64,000 nt of DNA from Geopsychrobacteraceae bacterium (GTDB taxonomy: Bacteria > Desulfobacterota > Desulfuromonadia > Desulfuromonadales > Geopsychrobacteraceae), in the NCBI GenBank assembly GCA_963662315.1, contig OY759353.1, forward strand, positions 1,568,001 through 1,632,000, given 5' to 3'. Position 1 is the stretch's first letter. The number at the start of each line of letters is the position of its first letter. The position numbers and the translations under genes are program-made. The notes under the pieces were generated by a model that was not told the origin of the DNA, searched no databases, and was given only the letters and a program-made list of their open reading frames with translations. Shown in pieces: positions 21,935 through 33,329 of the stretch.

Positions 21935-22387
21935 TCAGAACCCGAGATCCGCTTGCCCCTGAGCATCCCCAGCCAGCAAGTCTTCAGATTCCGCAACAAT
22001 GTCAGCATGGGTCTGCTGACTCCAGATTTCGATCTTCTCAAACATACCAACAATAACTGCCGTTTCCTTATCACCAGCAAGCCCGGCATACTCACGCAGG
22101 GACTGGGGCAACTGGATCCGTCCCTGAGCATTAAATGTACATTCTTTGGCGGGTGCTATACGGTTGCGTAAATTGGCATCCCGAATCGGACCGCGTGGCA
22201 AGGCCAGAACGTTTGCCCTGATTTCTGCCCAGCGCCTGGGCGGATAAGCAACCAGCCCTTTATCCTGTCGCGTTACAATAAGGCTGTCCGTCTGGTACTC
22301 ATCACGCAGCTCATCCCTGAACTGAGCCGGAACACTGACTCGCCCTTTGGAATCGATACTGACGTTAAATTCACCAGAAAAATTCAT
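21935..22387 (-). CDS. mraZ: dcw transcriptional repressor MraZ
   Basis: Two SpoVT/AbrB repeats (IDSKGRV, FNAQGRI) and IEIWS; first gene of the dcw cluster. Confidence 0.93.
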   Translation of the reverse strand: MNFSGEFNVSIDSKGRVSVPAQFRDELRDEYQTDSLIVTRQDKGLVAYPPRRWAEIRANVLALPRGPIRDANLRNRIAPAKECTFNAQGRIQLPQSLREYAGLAGDKETAVIVGMFEKIEIWSQQTHADIVAESEDLLAGDAQGQADLGF

Positions 22388-22414
22388 TTGACACCCATTG
22401 ACACAATTTGACAC
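22388..22414 (-). promoter_or_regulatory. Three GTGTCAA direct repeats with 10-nt period (putative MraZ operator)
   Basis: TTGACAC on the + strand at 22388-94, 22398-404 and 22408-14, between the promoter and the mraZ ATG. Confidence 0.75.
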
Positions 22415-22426
22415 CAATTTTTAAAA

Positions 22427-22455
22427 AATATAGCTGTCGAAAGCATGACTGTCAA
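22427..22455 (-). promoter_or_regulatory. sigma70 promoter of the dcw cluster
   Basis: TTGACA-17 nt-TATATT on the minus strand. Confidence 0.8.
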
Positions 22456-22849
22456 GGAGAAACCATAGATAACAACAGGAAAGAGGAAGGAGAAAAACAT
22501 GGCATGACAGGGACTTGCAGTTCCCGCAGCCAAAACCAGGCTAAGATCATCAGAACTAACGAATATCTATGAACAAATCAAATTATTCCCAGATAAAGCA
22601 GGTGTCGGTTCCCACGGAAGAGCAATTTTGAGTGATGTGTAAGAGAGGTTTGCTCAGCCAGAAAACCGACCGAAACATAAAGAAGAAATAAAACTCAAAA
22701 AGAAGATCCAAATTAGAAACGTGCCAGAAGGATTAACAATAAATTAAAGTGCTCGACATCCCCTTGTGCTCATCTTTGCCTTAAAAAAGCGGTCTCCTGC
22801 AAAAAAACAGCACGAGCCAAAGACAAGAGGAGAGCTGGCAGCGGATGTC

Positions 22850-24115
22850 CTACTCAACAGCCTCATGTTCCGTAGAAACATGCATTTCAACCTCTTCAAT
22901 GCGCCGCTCCTCCATACGCAGAATACGAAACCGCAGCGCCCCTTCTTCACAGGAATCCCCTTCTACCGGGATTCTCCCCATGATCTGCAGCAGATGCCCA
23001 GCCAGGGTTGTGACATGTTCTTCAGCCAGGGACAAATTAAAGCGCCGGTTAAATTCGCGTAAAGGCATAGATGCATCAAGCAGGTAGTGCCCCTTGCCAA
23101 GTTCTTTGAAGTCAACCTCTGCAACATCATATTCATCGTGAATTTCGCCGACAATTTCTTCAACAACATCTTCGAGGGTTACAATCCCTTCAACACCACC
23201 GTACTCATCAACAACGATAGCAAGATGTTCTCGCTTTTTACGAAAACTCTGCAGCAATACGGCAATCCGCTTCGATTCAGGAACATAATACGGCACCCGG
23301 CACAGGTCCTTGAGGTTGAACCGTTCAGGAGATCCGGTATAACCGACCACATCCTTAGCATGAACAACCCCAACCAGACTGTCTACATTCTCACTGTAAA
23401 CCGGAAAGCGACTGTGGCGGGTTTCCCGCAACGTTGCCATGACCTGCTGAAAGGTTGCCGACACATCCAATCCGACAACCTCAGTACGCGGAATCATGAC
23501 ATCGCGCACGCGGGTTTCCGACAAATCAAAAATACCATGCAGCATACGTCGCTGCTCAGCAGCAACGACACCGGTTTCTTCACCAACCTCAATCATGGCC
23601 TTGATTTCATCTTCCGAAACCGAAAAAGTCTCAGCATCTTTCTTTCGAATAAAACTGGTTATAAAGCGGGACAAGGAAGAAACAACCAGAATCAGGGGGC
23701 TGAGAATCCAGAGAAGCCCTCTAATAGGGGTCAATACCTTAAAGGAGACCTTTTCTGGATATTGTGCGGAATAAGTCTTGGGACAAACTTCAGAAAAAAT
23801 AAGCAGCACCGGTGTCAATATCAGCACAGTGAGCCATTCGCCATCATCACCAAACCAGATACTGAACAAACCTGTCGCGATAACAGAGGCAGCAATATTG
23901 ACAATATTGTTACCGACCAGAATGCCGCTCAGCAAGCGGTCGGGATTATCCAGCAAAGTTACAAGCTTATCGGCACCGGGCACCTCTTTCTGCTGGAGAA
24001 ACCGAACCCGCAGCTTATCCAGTGCCAACAATGCTGTCTCCGATCCGGAAAAAAAGCCGGAAAAACAGAGTAAAAAGAAGAGTGCCAGTAGTCTCCAGGT
24101 TGTTTCGTCAGTCAT
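22850..24115 (-). CDS. HlyC/CorC (CNNM) family membrane protein with CBS pair
   Basis: FFSGSETA, ILVGNN, EVCPK, HSRFPVY, VVDEYGG, LEDVVEEIVGEI. Confidence 0.93.
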   Translation of the reverse strand: MTDETTWRLLALFFLLCFSGFFSGSETALLALDKLRVRFLQQKEVPGADKLVTLLDNPDRLLSGILVGNNIVNIAASVIATGLFSIWFGDDGEWLTVLILTPVLLIFSEVCPKTYSAQYPEKVSFKVLTPIRGLLWILSPLILVVSSLSRFITSFIRKKDAETFSVSEDEIKAMIEVGEETGVVAAEQRRMLHGIFDLSETRVRDVMIPRTEVVGLDVSATFQQVMATLRETRHSRFPVYSENVDSLVGVVHAKDVVGYTGSPERFNLKDLCRVPYYVPESKRIAVLLQSFRKKREHLAIVVDEYGGVEGIVTLEDVVEEIVGEIHDEYDVAEVDFKELGKGHYLLDASMPLREFNRRFNLSLAEEHVTTLAGHLLQIMGRIPVEGDSCEEGALRFRILRMEERRIEEVEMHVSTEHEAVE

Positions 24116-24347
24116 CCTTACCCCAGAATAGAAATCAAAAGAATCATAGTGTTGCAGGCACTATGAAAAGCATAGCAAAAACATGACATTTCGGACGGAG
24201 TTTAGCCTAATTTCAGCAAAAGAGAAAGCCCTCGGATTGAATGAATAAGCCGAGCATGATATAAGCCCTATTCAATCAAAAAAAACAACTGTTAGTTTCC
24301 CGCGCCGCACCGGCTTTTTTTCTTCACGCGGCTATAGGATCAGATAG

Positions 24348-26665
<2,318 letters not shown>

Positions 26666-26678
26666 ATCCGTAAACAAA

Positions 26679-27509
26679 CTATCCGTTCTGTTGTTTTCGC
26701 CGAAACCGGTTTTGATGCAGCTCCTGACGGTGCAGAATGACGCCGGTGATGATTATGCCGCTGGAAACCACCAGCAGAATGACGCACGCAAGAGCATTAA
26801 TGACCGGGCTGACACCAAGTCTGACACTCGAATAAACCACCATCGGCAGAGTCGTTGCACCAGGCCCTGAAACAAAGCTGGCGATAACCAAGTCATCCAA
26901 AGACAGCGTAAACGCGAGCAGCCAGCCAGCAATAATAGCCGGTGCGATAACCGGCAGGGTAATCTGGGCAAATACCTTCCAGGGCCTGGCTCCCAGGTCC
27001 ATGGCGGCCTCTTCTAATGAGATATCCATATCGACTAGACGGGACTGAACAATGACAGTCACATAAGCAGAACTGAAGGTAACATGGGCAATCAGAATAG
27101 TTGCCATCCCTCGCGACGCAGGCCAGCCCAACAATTGCTGCATCCCGACAAACAATAACAGTGTAGAAAGACCCAGAATGACATCCGGCATTACCAAGGG
27201 AGCGCCGACCATGCCAGTCAAATAACCACGGCCCTGGAAACGCCCGAAGCGCGCCAGGGAGAACCCAGCAAACAATCCGAGAATAACCGCCAACGTCGCG
27301 TTAAGCGCAGCTATTTTAAGACTTAACCAGGCTGCGGAAAGAATCTGCTCATCATGTAGCAACTCGCCATACCAATGTCCCGAAAAGCCACCCCAGACCG
27401 TCACCAGGCGCGATTTATTAAACGAATAGACAATCAGAGAAACTATGGGGCCATACAGAAAAGCGTACCCCATTGCCAGCATGCTGAAGAGAAACCACGG
27501 TCTGCGCAT
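26679..27509 (-). CDS. potI: Putrescine ABC transporter permease PotI
   Basis: YSFNKSRLVTVWGGFS, LEEAAMDLGA, FTLSLDD. Start trimmed to MRRPWF. Confidence 0.9.
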   Translation of the reverse strand: MRRPWFLFSMLAMGYAFLYGPIVSLIVYSFNKSRLVTVWGGFSGHWYGELLHDEQILSAAWLSLKIAALNATLAVILGLFAGFSLARFGRFQGRGYLTGMVGAPLVMPDVILGLSTLLLFVGMQQLLGWPASRGMATILIAHVTFSSAYVTVIVQSRLVDMDISLEEAAMDLGARPWKVFAQITLPVIAPAIIAGWLLAFTLSLDDLVIASFVSGPGATTLPMVVYSSVRLGVSPVINALACVILLVVSSGIIITGVILHRQELHQNRFRRKQQNG

Positions 27510-28516
27510 TACGCCTCCCCTGCCCTTTCCCGTGACGCATCTGAACGGTCCTGAACCCGCTGAAACAGAATCATCGGCACAACCAGAAGCAGTAGCAGCA
27601 TCACAGCAACTGCAGCCGCCACCGGCCAATCCCGGTTATTGAAGAATTCCGTCCACAAAATTTTTCCGATCATCAGACTGTCTGGTCCGCCGAGCAGATC
27701 AGGAATAACAAACTCTCCGACCGCTGGAATAAAAACCAGCAGGCTGCCGGCGATAACCCCTGGCAGCGACAAGGGGAAGGTGACCCGCCAAAAGGCAGAC
27801 AACGGTCGACAACCCAAATCTTCGGCGGCTTCAAGCAGGCTGTTGTCCAGCTTGACCAGGTTGGCGTAAAGGGGAAGTACCATGAAGGGCAGATAGGAAT
27901 AGACAATACCAATATATACAGCAATATCACTGTGGAGCAGCACCAACGGGTGCTCAATCAGGCCAAGCCAGAGCAGAATATTGTTGATCAGCCCATTGTT
28001 TTTCAACAGACCGATCCAGGCATAAACGCGAATCAGAAAACTGGTCCAGAACGGCAAAATAACCAGCATCAACAGTACCAGCCGCCAGGGAGACCGTACC
28101 CGGCAGATCCCCAGCGCCATAGGATAACCCACCAGCAGGGTAAGCAAAGTTGCTATTCCCGCCACTTTGACCGAATTCAGAAAAGCGCTTATATATAAAC
28201 TGTCCTCAAACAATAACAGGTAATTGCCAAGATTCAGTCGCAGTTCCAGCAAACCGTCGTGCGACCAGCGCAACAGATTGGTGAAGGGAGGCAGGGCCAG
28301 CAGCGACTCGGCAAAACTTATTTTCAGGACAAACAGAAACGGAGCCAAAAAAAAGATACTGAACCAGATAATCGGCACCACAATGACCAGAGTGCGTCCA
28401 CGCAAGCTGCGAGCAATCCCCTGCACCCTGGGCCAGATAAGCAAATTGGAAAACCACAGCCAGAACCGCCCGAAAAGAGTTTGCGATATACCATCAGCAC
28501 CACTGTGGCGTCTCAT
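27509..28516 (-). CDS. potH: Putrescine ABC transporter permease PotH
   Basis: LPFWTSFLIRVYAW, EAAEDLG, EFFNNRDWP. Confidence 0.9.
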   Translation of the reverse strand: MRRHSGADGISQTLFGRFWLWFSNLLIWPRVQGIARSLRGRTLVIVVPIIWFSIFFLAPFLFVLKISFAESLLALPPFTNLLRWSHDGLLELRLNLGNYLLLFEDSLYISAFLNSVKVAGIATLLTLLVGYPMALGICRVRSPWRLVLLMLVILPFWTSFLIRVYAWIGLLKNNGLINNILLWLGLIEHPLVLLHSDIAVYIGIVYSYLPFMVLPLYANLVKLDNSLLEAAEDLGCRPLSAFWRVTFPLSLPGVIAGSLLVFIPAVGEFVIPDLLGGPDSLMIGKILWTEFFNNRDWPVAAAVAVMLLLLLVVPMILFQRVQDRSDASRERAGEA

Positions 28517-29655
28517 GTTTCAAGCACCACGCCACTGGTTGCATGCCAGCTCAAATAAACCTGCTGATCCCAAGTCGGGCCGGGATTCTCGACCCTGTTC
28601 CGGTTGGTCAATTGTGCCTGTAAAATTTTGCCCGTATCCGTGCGAATGTGGTAAATCGAAATATCCCCCAAATAGGCAATTTCTGATACCACTCCCGTCA
28701 GCGCATTTACTCCGGATTTATTACTTGCGGAAGCCTCTCGCAGCAGAACTTTTTCCGGACGCAGGGCGACAGCGACTGAAGCTCCAATATCCATTGGTTT
28801 GTGATGCTGGACAAACAACTCGCAAGCATACTCGTCACTATAGATGGTCAGTCCTTCGTCACTAACAGACTGAACCCTTCCCTCGACAACATTTGCCGCA
28901 CCGACAAATTCGGCAATAAAACGGGAGGCAGGATATTCATAAATATAGGTCGGGGTCCCCAGCTGGTCAATAATACCGTTATTCATCACCGCCATGCGTG
29001 TCGACATGGTCATCGCTTCTTCCTGATCATGGGTGACCATAACAAAGGTGATTCCCAATTTTTCCTGAATGTTAACCAATTCGAACTGAGTATGCTCGCG
29101 CAATTTTTTATCCAGAGCTCCCAGAGGTTCATCAAGCAGCAGAATTTTTGGTCGTTTGACCAAGGCCCTCGCCAAAGCCACTCGTTGCCTCTGGCCACCA
29201 GATAACTGATCCGGCTTACGCTTGGCATACTCCACCATTTTGACCAGAGTCAAGACCTCCTCAACCCGCTGTTGAATCTCATATTTGGAAAGTTTTTCCT
29301 GGCGCAGGCCAAAACCAATATTCTTTTCAACATTCATATGCGGAAACAGGGCATACGATTGAAACATCATATTAACTGGCCGCTCGTAGGGGGGCATTTC
29401 AGTAATATCGACATCATCAATAAAAATGCGGCCACTGGTAGGGCGCTCAAAACCTCCCAACATGCGTAACAGAGTCGTCTTGCCACACCCCGAAGACCCC
29501 AACAGGGAAAAAAATTCCCCTTCGTAGATGGCCAGGCTAAGATTATCTACCGCATAGGTATCACCAAATATTTTGCTGACCCCTTCAATACGAACCAGAG
29601 GCTTGGCATTAACATCTTGCCAGGGCTCATAGCGTTTATTATCCACTCCCGCCAT
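28513..29655 (-). CDS. potG: Putrescine ABC transporter ATPase PotG
   Basis: GSSGCGKT, NMMFQSYALFPHM, LSGGQ, LLLDEP, TOBE-like C-terminus. Confidence 0.9.
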   Translation of the reverse strand: MAGVDNKRYEPWQDVNAKPLVRIEGVSKIFGDTYAVDNLSLAIYEGEFFSLLGSSGCGKTTLLRMLGGFERPTSGRIFIDDVDITEMPPYERPVNMMFQSYALFPHMNVEKNIGFGLRQEKLSKYEIQQRVEEVLTLVKMVEYAKRKPDQLSGGQRQRVALARALVKRPKILLLDEPLGALDKKLREHTQFELVNIQEKLGITFVMVTHDQEEAMTMSTRMAVMNNGIIDQLGTPTYIYEYPASRFIAEFVGAANVVEGRVQSVSDEGLTIYSDEYACELFVQHHKPMDIGASVAVALRPEKVLLREASASNKSGVNALTGVVSEIAYLGDISIYHIRTDTGKILQAQLTNRNRVENPGPTWDQQVYLSWHATSGVVLET

Positions 29656-29660
29656 CGCTA

Positions 29661-30752
29661 TCAGTGGCCTGTCTTGATACGGGTCCAGGTTCTGGTTTTC
29701 AACCGTTGAACTTTGTTCGGAATTTCATGCGGTACAACCAGACGTTGCCGCACCTCCGCAGGAGGATAGATGCCAGCATCCTCACGAATGTCGGCGTTAA
29801 GCAATGCAGTCGCATCCTTGTTGGGATTGGCGTAGGCAACATAATTAGTGACATTGGCAATCACGTGCGGATCGAGCAGGTAATTGATAAATGCATAAGC
29901 TTGCTGCGGGTGCGGTGCATCAATAGGAATAGCCATAACATCGACCCACATAACGGCCCCTTCTTTGGGGAGACTGTAAACAACCGGAACCTTCTGACCC
30001 GCCTCTGCGGCACGATCACGAGACTGCAAAACATCACCAGAATAGCCATGCGCAACACAAATATCACCATTGGCCAGATCATTTATATACTGGGAAGAAT
30101 GAAAATAACGCACAAAGGGTCTGATTTCGTTAATCAAAACCGTTGCCGCGTCAATGTCTGCACTATTCGTCGTATTGGCATCTTTCCCCAGGTAAATTAA
30201 CGCTGCAGCAAAAACCTCCTGCTCGTCATCCAGAAGAACCAATCCACAAGAGGACAGTTTTTCAGCATTGTGCCGATCAAAGATAAGAGCCCAGGAATTA
30301 ACCGGTGCGTCGGCACCAAGGACTGCTTTAACCTTGTCAGCATTATAGCCGATGCCCGTGGTTCCCCACATATAAGGCACCAGGTATTTATTATCCGGAT
30401 CAGTCGCCTCAAGCAATTTCAGTAACGCTGCATCGAGATGTTCATAGTTTGGCAGCTGGGTCTTATCGAGAGAAGCATACAAACCGGAAACGATATGACG
30501 CCCGGCAAACGGATGAGCCGAAGGAAAAACGACATCATAACCAGTTCGACCAGCAAACAGTTTTGCCTCAAGGGTCTCATTCGCATCGTAAACATCATAA
30601 ACGACATTAATCCCCGTTGCGGAGGTAAAATTATCGATAGTATCTTCAGCCACATAATCGGACCAGTTATAAACATGGACAACAGGTGCATCAGCCGCAA
30701 ATGAAACAGCAGTGGTAAGCAACAGGGCAATCAACAGAAGCAGACTTCTCAC
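29661..30752 (-). CDS. potF: Polyamine ABC transporter substrate-binding protein PotF
   Basis: Signal peptide, YNWSDY, PYMWGTTGIGYN, FHSSQYINDLANGDIC, GYSGD. Confidence 0.9.
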   Translation of the reverse strand: MRSLLLLIALLLTTAVSFAADAPVVHVYNWSDYVAEDTIDNFTSATGINVVYDVYDANETLEAKLFAGRTGYDVVFPSAHPFAGRHIVSGLYASLDKTQLPNYEHLDAALLKLLEATDPDNKYLVPYMWGTTGIGYNADKVKAVLGADAPVNSWALIFDRHNAEKLSSCGLVLLDDEQEVFAAALIYLGKDANTTNSADIDAATVLINEIRPFVRYFHSSQYINDLANGDICVAHGYSGDVLQSRDRAAEAGQKVPVVYSLPKEGAVMWVDVMAIPIDAPHPQQAYAFINYLLDPHVIANVTNYVAYANPNKDATALLNADIREDAGIYPPAEVRQRLVVPHEIPNKVQRLKTRTWTRIKTGH

Positions 30753-30882
30753 GGCAGACCTCCTATAACAACAGCGTGAATATGGAAAAACGACGGCAAA
30801 GCCTTTTTTGTATAAGTTGATAGAGACAAAGAAGTCAAACTCTTATGCCAATATTTATTTTTTTGACACAAAGCTAACAAAG

Positions 30883-31977
30883 TTAAAGATAACGGAACGG
30901 TCGGTATAAAGGGTCTCCCACCAGGATCATCTGCCATGAAACATAGGGCAGACTGAAGAAATAGCTTTCAACCAAGGTATAGTACCCGTTCAGCAGATAG
31001 GCAAAAAACAGGTCCGGGCGAGGAAAAGCGGCCAGATATGGTTCAGCAACAGGTCCCAGTGTTGCGGCGCCACCGCCCTCAAGAATCCCCTTGCACCAGC
31101 CGTGGTTTTCAGGGTTTTTAAGCGATGTACATTCACCACTGGCCACATGATAGCCGACGGCCCCCAGCCGCCAGGAGAACACATCCTGATAGTCGGCCAG
31201 ACGGTACCAGCCACAATAGATGGCTGCCTCAGGCGCTTGAGCCAACAACGCCTCGCCAGTGTCCAGAACGACCGGCAACTGACTGATCTCTCTGGTCAGT
31301 GATGCAGCGGCGTGAAGCGTTGCATCAAACTGCTGATAGACATTTTGTTCAGGAAGGTTAGCCGGCCACCTGGCATCAAAATAAGCCCGTCCACGTAAGC
31401 CTTCATTTTCAGCAACAATGCTATCCGCCATTATCCGCTTTACGATATCCGGTTGGGCTGCATCAAGACGTGACACCAGTAGGACCCCGGCAACTTTACG
31501 CCCCTTTCCTTGCGGTGCAAATAAAGGGTTGGGGGACCAACCGGCAAGAGGGTAGCTGTCCGCTAGCGCCAACACCAATTCCGAATCGACTGCGGCGCTG
31601 GTTTCAACTTGCAGACGCACAGAATGGGACAGTTCCTGCTGCCCCACCTCGGCGCGGATACTGAGAGGAATCCCATAAAAAAGCACCAGGCAGCGTATCT
31701 TTCGGAACTCTGGTTTAGACAATAGCTTTTTCAGTGGTGACAGCAGGCGATCGTCATATTCCCTGCGGCTGCAACTCTCTTCGCGGGGTAGGTCAACCTC
31801 AAGCTGATTGGTGACCGGTACGCCCCTCAACTCACGATAATGTTCTGCCAGGATGGCTCCGTCTTGTACATTGCGATTCACAATCAACAATAACTCTTCC
31901 GCAACCAGTCCGGCGCAGCAGAGTCCAGGACAGATAAACAAAAGAGACCAGAAGATTATCGTAACTTGCTGAATCAT
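30883..31977 (-). CDS. TIGR03790-family-like exported protein
   Basis: Signal peptide, AAVDSEL, LVSRLD, YFDARW, YCGWY, GAVGYHVASGE, GPVAEPYL, GDPLYRPF. Confidence 0.8.
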   Translation of the reverse strand: MIQQVTIIFWSLLFICPGLCCAGLVAEELLLIVNRNVQDGAILAEHYRELRGVPVTNQLEVDLPREESCSRREYDDRLLSPLKKLLSKPEFRKIRCLVLFYGIPLSIRAEVGQQELSHSVRLQVETSAAVDSELVLALADSYPLAGWSPNPLFAPQGKGRKVAGVLLVSRLDAAQPDIVKRIMADSIVAENEGLRGRAYFDARWPANLPEQNVYQQFDATLHAAASLTREISQLPVVLDTGEALLAQAPEAAIYCGWYRLADYQDVFSWRLGAVGYHVASGECTSLKNPENHGWCKGILEGGGAATLGPVAEPYLAAFPRPDLFFAYLLNGYYTLVESYFFSLPYVSWQMILVGDPLYRPFRYL

Positions 31978-32042
31978 GACAAAATACTCACATAATTCAA
32001 AAGAAACAGGGCTATCAACACCAGCAAACCAAATGAAAGGAG

Positions 32043-32477
32043 ATGATCATGATTGATGGCCCTTGCAATATTACCCAGACAGAACAGCAGACCTATATGG
32101 ATCTCCCCCAGCAGAACTATTTCCGCCTGGTTCTCGAACAATGGCGCGATCGTCTAATCCTTGAAGTGCAACTGAGCCGCGAGCAACTGAAAAGCGACAC
32201 CGATGAAGGGGGCGACATTATCGATCGCAGTGTTCAGGACCACCAGAAGATGATGAACTATATCACCAGCAGTCGTCACGAAAAAAAACTGGCACAAATC
32301 AATGCCGCCCTGCGCCGCCTCGCTGATGGCTCCTATGGCTATTGCCTGGTGTCCGGCGAAGAAATCGGCCTGCAACGGTTACGTGCCTACCCACTGGCCA
32401 CCTTGTCCGTAGAAATGCAGGAACAACTGGAAAAAAGGGAAAAACAGCGTATCCGCAATTACCAAATGGCAGAGTAA
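32043..32477 (+). CDS. dksA: DksA/TraR-family protein without the 4-Cys zinc finger
   Basis: Coiled coil with DIIDRS tip; GSYGYCLVSGEEIGLQRLRAYPLATLSVEMQE retains only one of four Cys. Confidence 0.85.
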   Translation: MIMIDGPCNITQTEQQTYMDLPQQNYFRLVLEQWRDRLILEVQLSREQLKSDTDEGGDIIDRSVQDHQKMMNYITSSRHEKKLAQINAALRRLADGSYGYCLVSGEEIGLQRLRAYPLATLSVEMQEQLEKREKQRIRNYQMAE

Positions 32478-32492
32478 CGCTTCAGCGATGCA

Positions 32493-33329
32493 TTAAGAAT
32501 CACTGTCTCGCAAGGCCAACGATTCTTTATAGACGTCACTGCCAGGCAAATTATAAGCTTTGGCCACCTGCTTAACGATCTGCTTCCAACTCAGATCTGT
32601 TTCCTGACGTAATTTCAACAGGGCGTCTGCTACAGACGCCTCTGGTTGAGTCTCTTCGGCCGGCGCCAGAAGCAGAACCAGCTCCCCCTTAACCGCCCTG
32701 TCACTAAAAGAAACAAGAGCCTCAGCGACAGTGCCACTAAACACTTCTTCGTGACGTTTGGTCAATTCGCGGGCAATAACCAGTTTTTTGGCAGCGCCAC
32801 AAACCGCTTCAAGATCGGCTAGACATTTCAGCAGACGATGGGGCGTTTCATAGCAGGCGACGGTGTGTCTTGCATCCATGAGATCAGTGAAAAACTGGCA
32901 GCGAGCCTGCGCTTTGGCAGGAACGAAACCAACAAAACTGAAACTGTCTGTCGGCAGCCCTGAGATACTTAATGCTGAAATTAATGCCGATGCTCCCGGA
33001 ACCGCAACAACATCAACTTCCGCGGCACGGCACTTGGAGATCAGCCGATACCCCGGATCAGCAATACAGGGGGTTCCGGCATCGCTGATCAGAGCCAGAG
33101 AGGCTCCTGAACGCAGTTTTTCAAGCAACTGTAGAGCCCTCTGTTCTTCGTTATGCTCATGATAGGAAATCAGCGGCGTACGGATCGCGTAATGATCGAG
33201 CAAAGTACGGCTGTGTCGGGTATCTTCCGCAGCAATAAGATCTACCTCTTGCAAAACCCTGACCGCGCGGAAGGTAAAATCTTCTAGATTGCCAATCGGG
33301 GTCGCAACGACATATAGGATTCCGTTCAC
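32493..33329 (-). CDS. rsmI: 16S rRNA Cm1402 methyltransferase RsmI
   Basis: VATPIGNLED, AAEDTRH, SDAGTPCIADPG, RELTKRHEE. The GTG start overlaps the nadE stop. Confidence 0.97.
   Translation of the reverse strand: MNGILYVVATPIGNLEDFTFRAVRVLQEVDLIAAEDTRHSRTLLDHYAIRTPLISYHEHNEEQRALQLLEKLRSGASLALISDAGTPCIADPGYRLISKCRAAEVDVVAVPGASALISALSISGLPTDSFSFVGFVPAKAQARCQFFTDLMDARHTVACYETPHRLLKCLADLEAVCGAAKKLVIARELTKRHEEVFSGTVAEALVSFSDRAVKGELVLLLAPAEETQPEASVADALLKLRQETDLSWKQIVKQVAKAYNLPGSDVYKESLALRDSDS

Noticed and set aside
22500..22520. sigma54 promoter (TGGCATG...TTGCA)
   Set aside because: The spacing between the -24 and -12 elements is too long.
22456..22849. rnpB or SRP RNA near mraZ
   Set aside because: No GAGGAAAGUCC or SRP helix-8 signature on either strand.
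23087..24073. 328-aa antisense ORF, and similar long antisense ORFs over ftsZ, ftsA, murE, ligA, ffh, purD, purH, speD and the PP2C gene
   Set aside because: They lie wholly or mostly opposite well-supported genes and have no motifs, as expected for codon-bias shadows.
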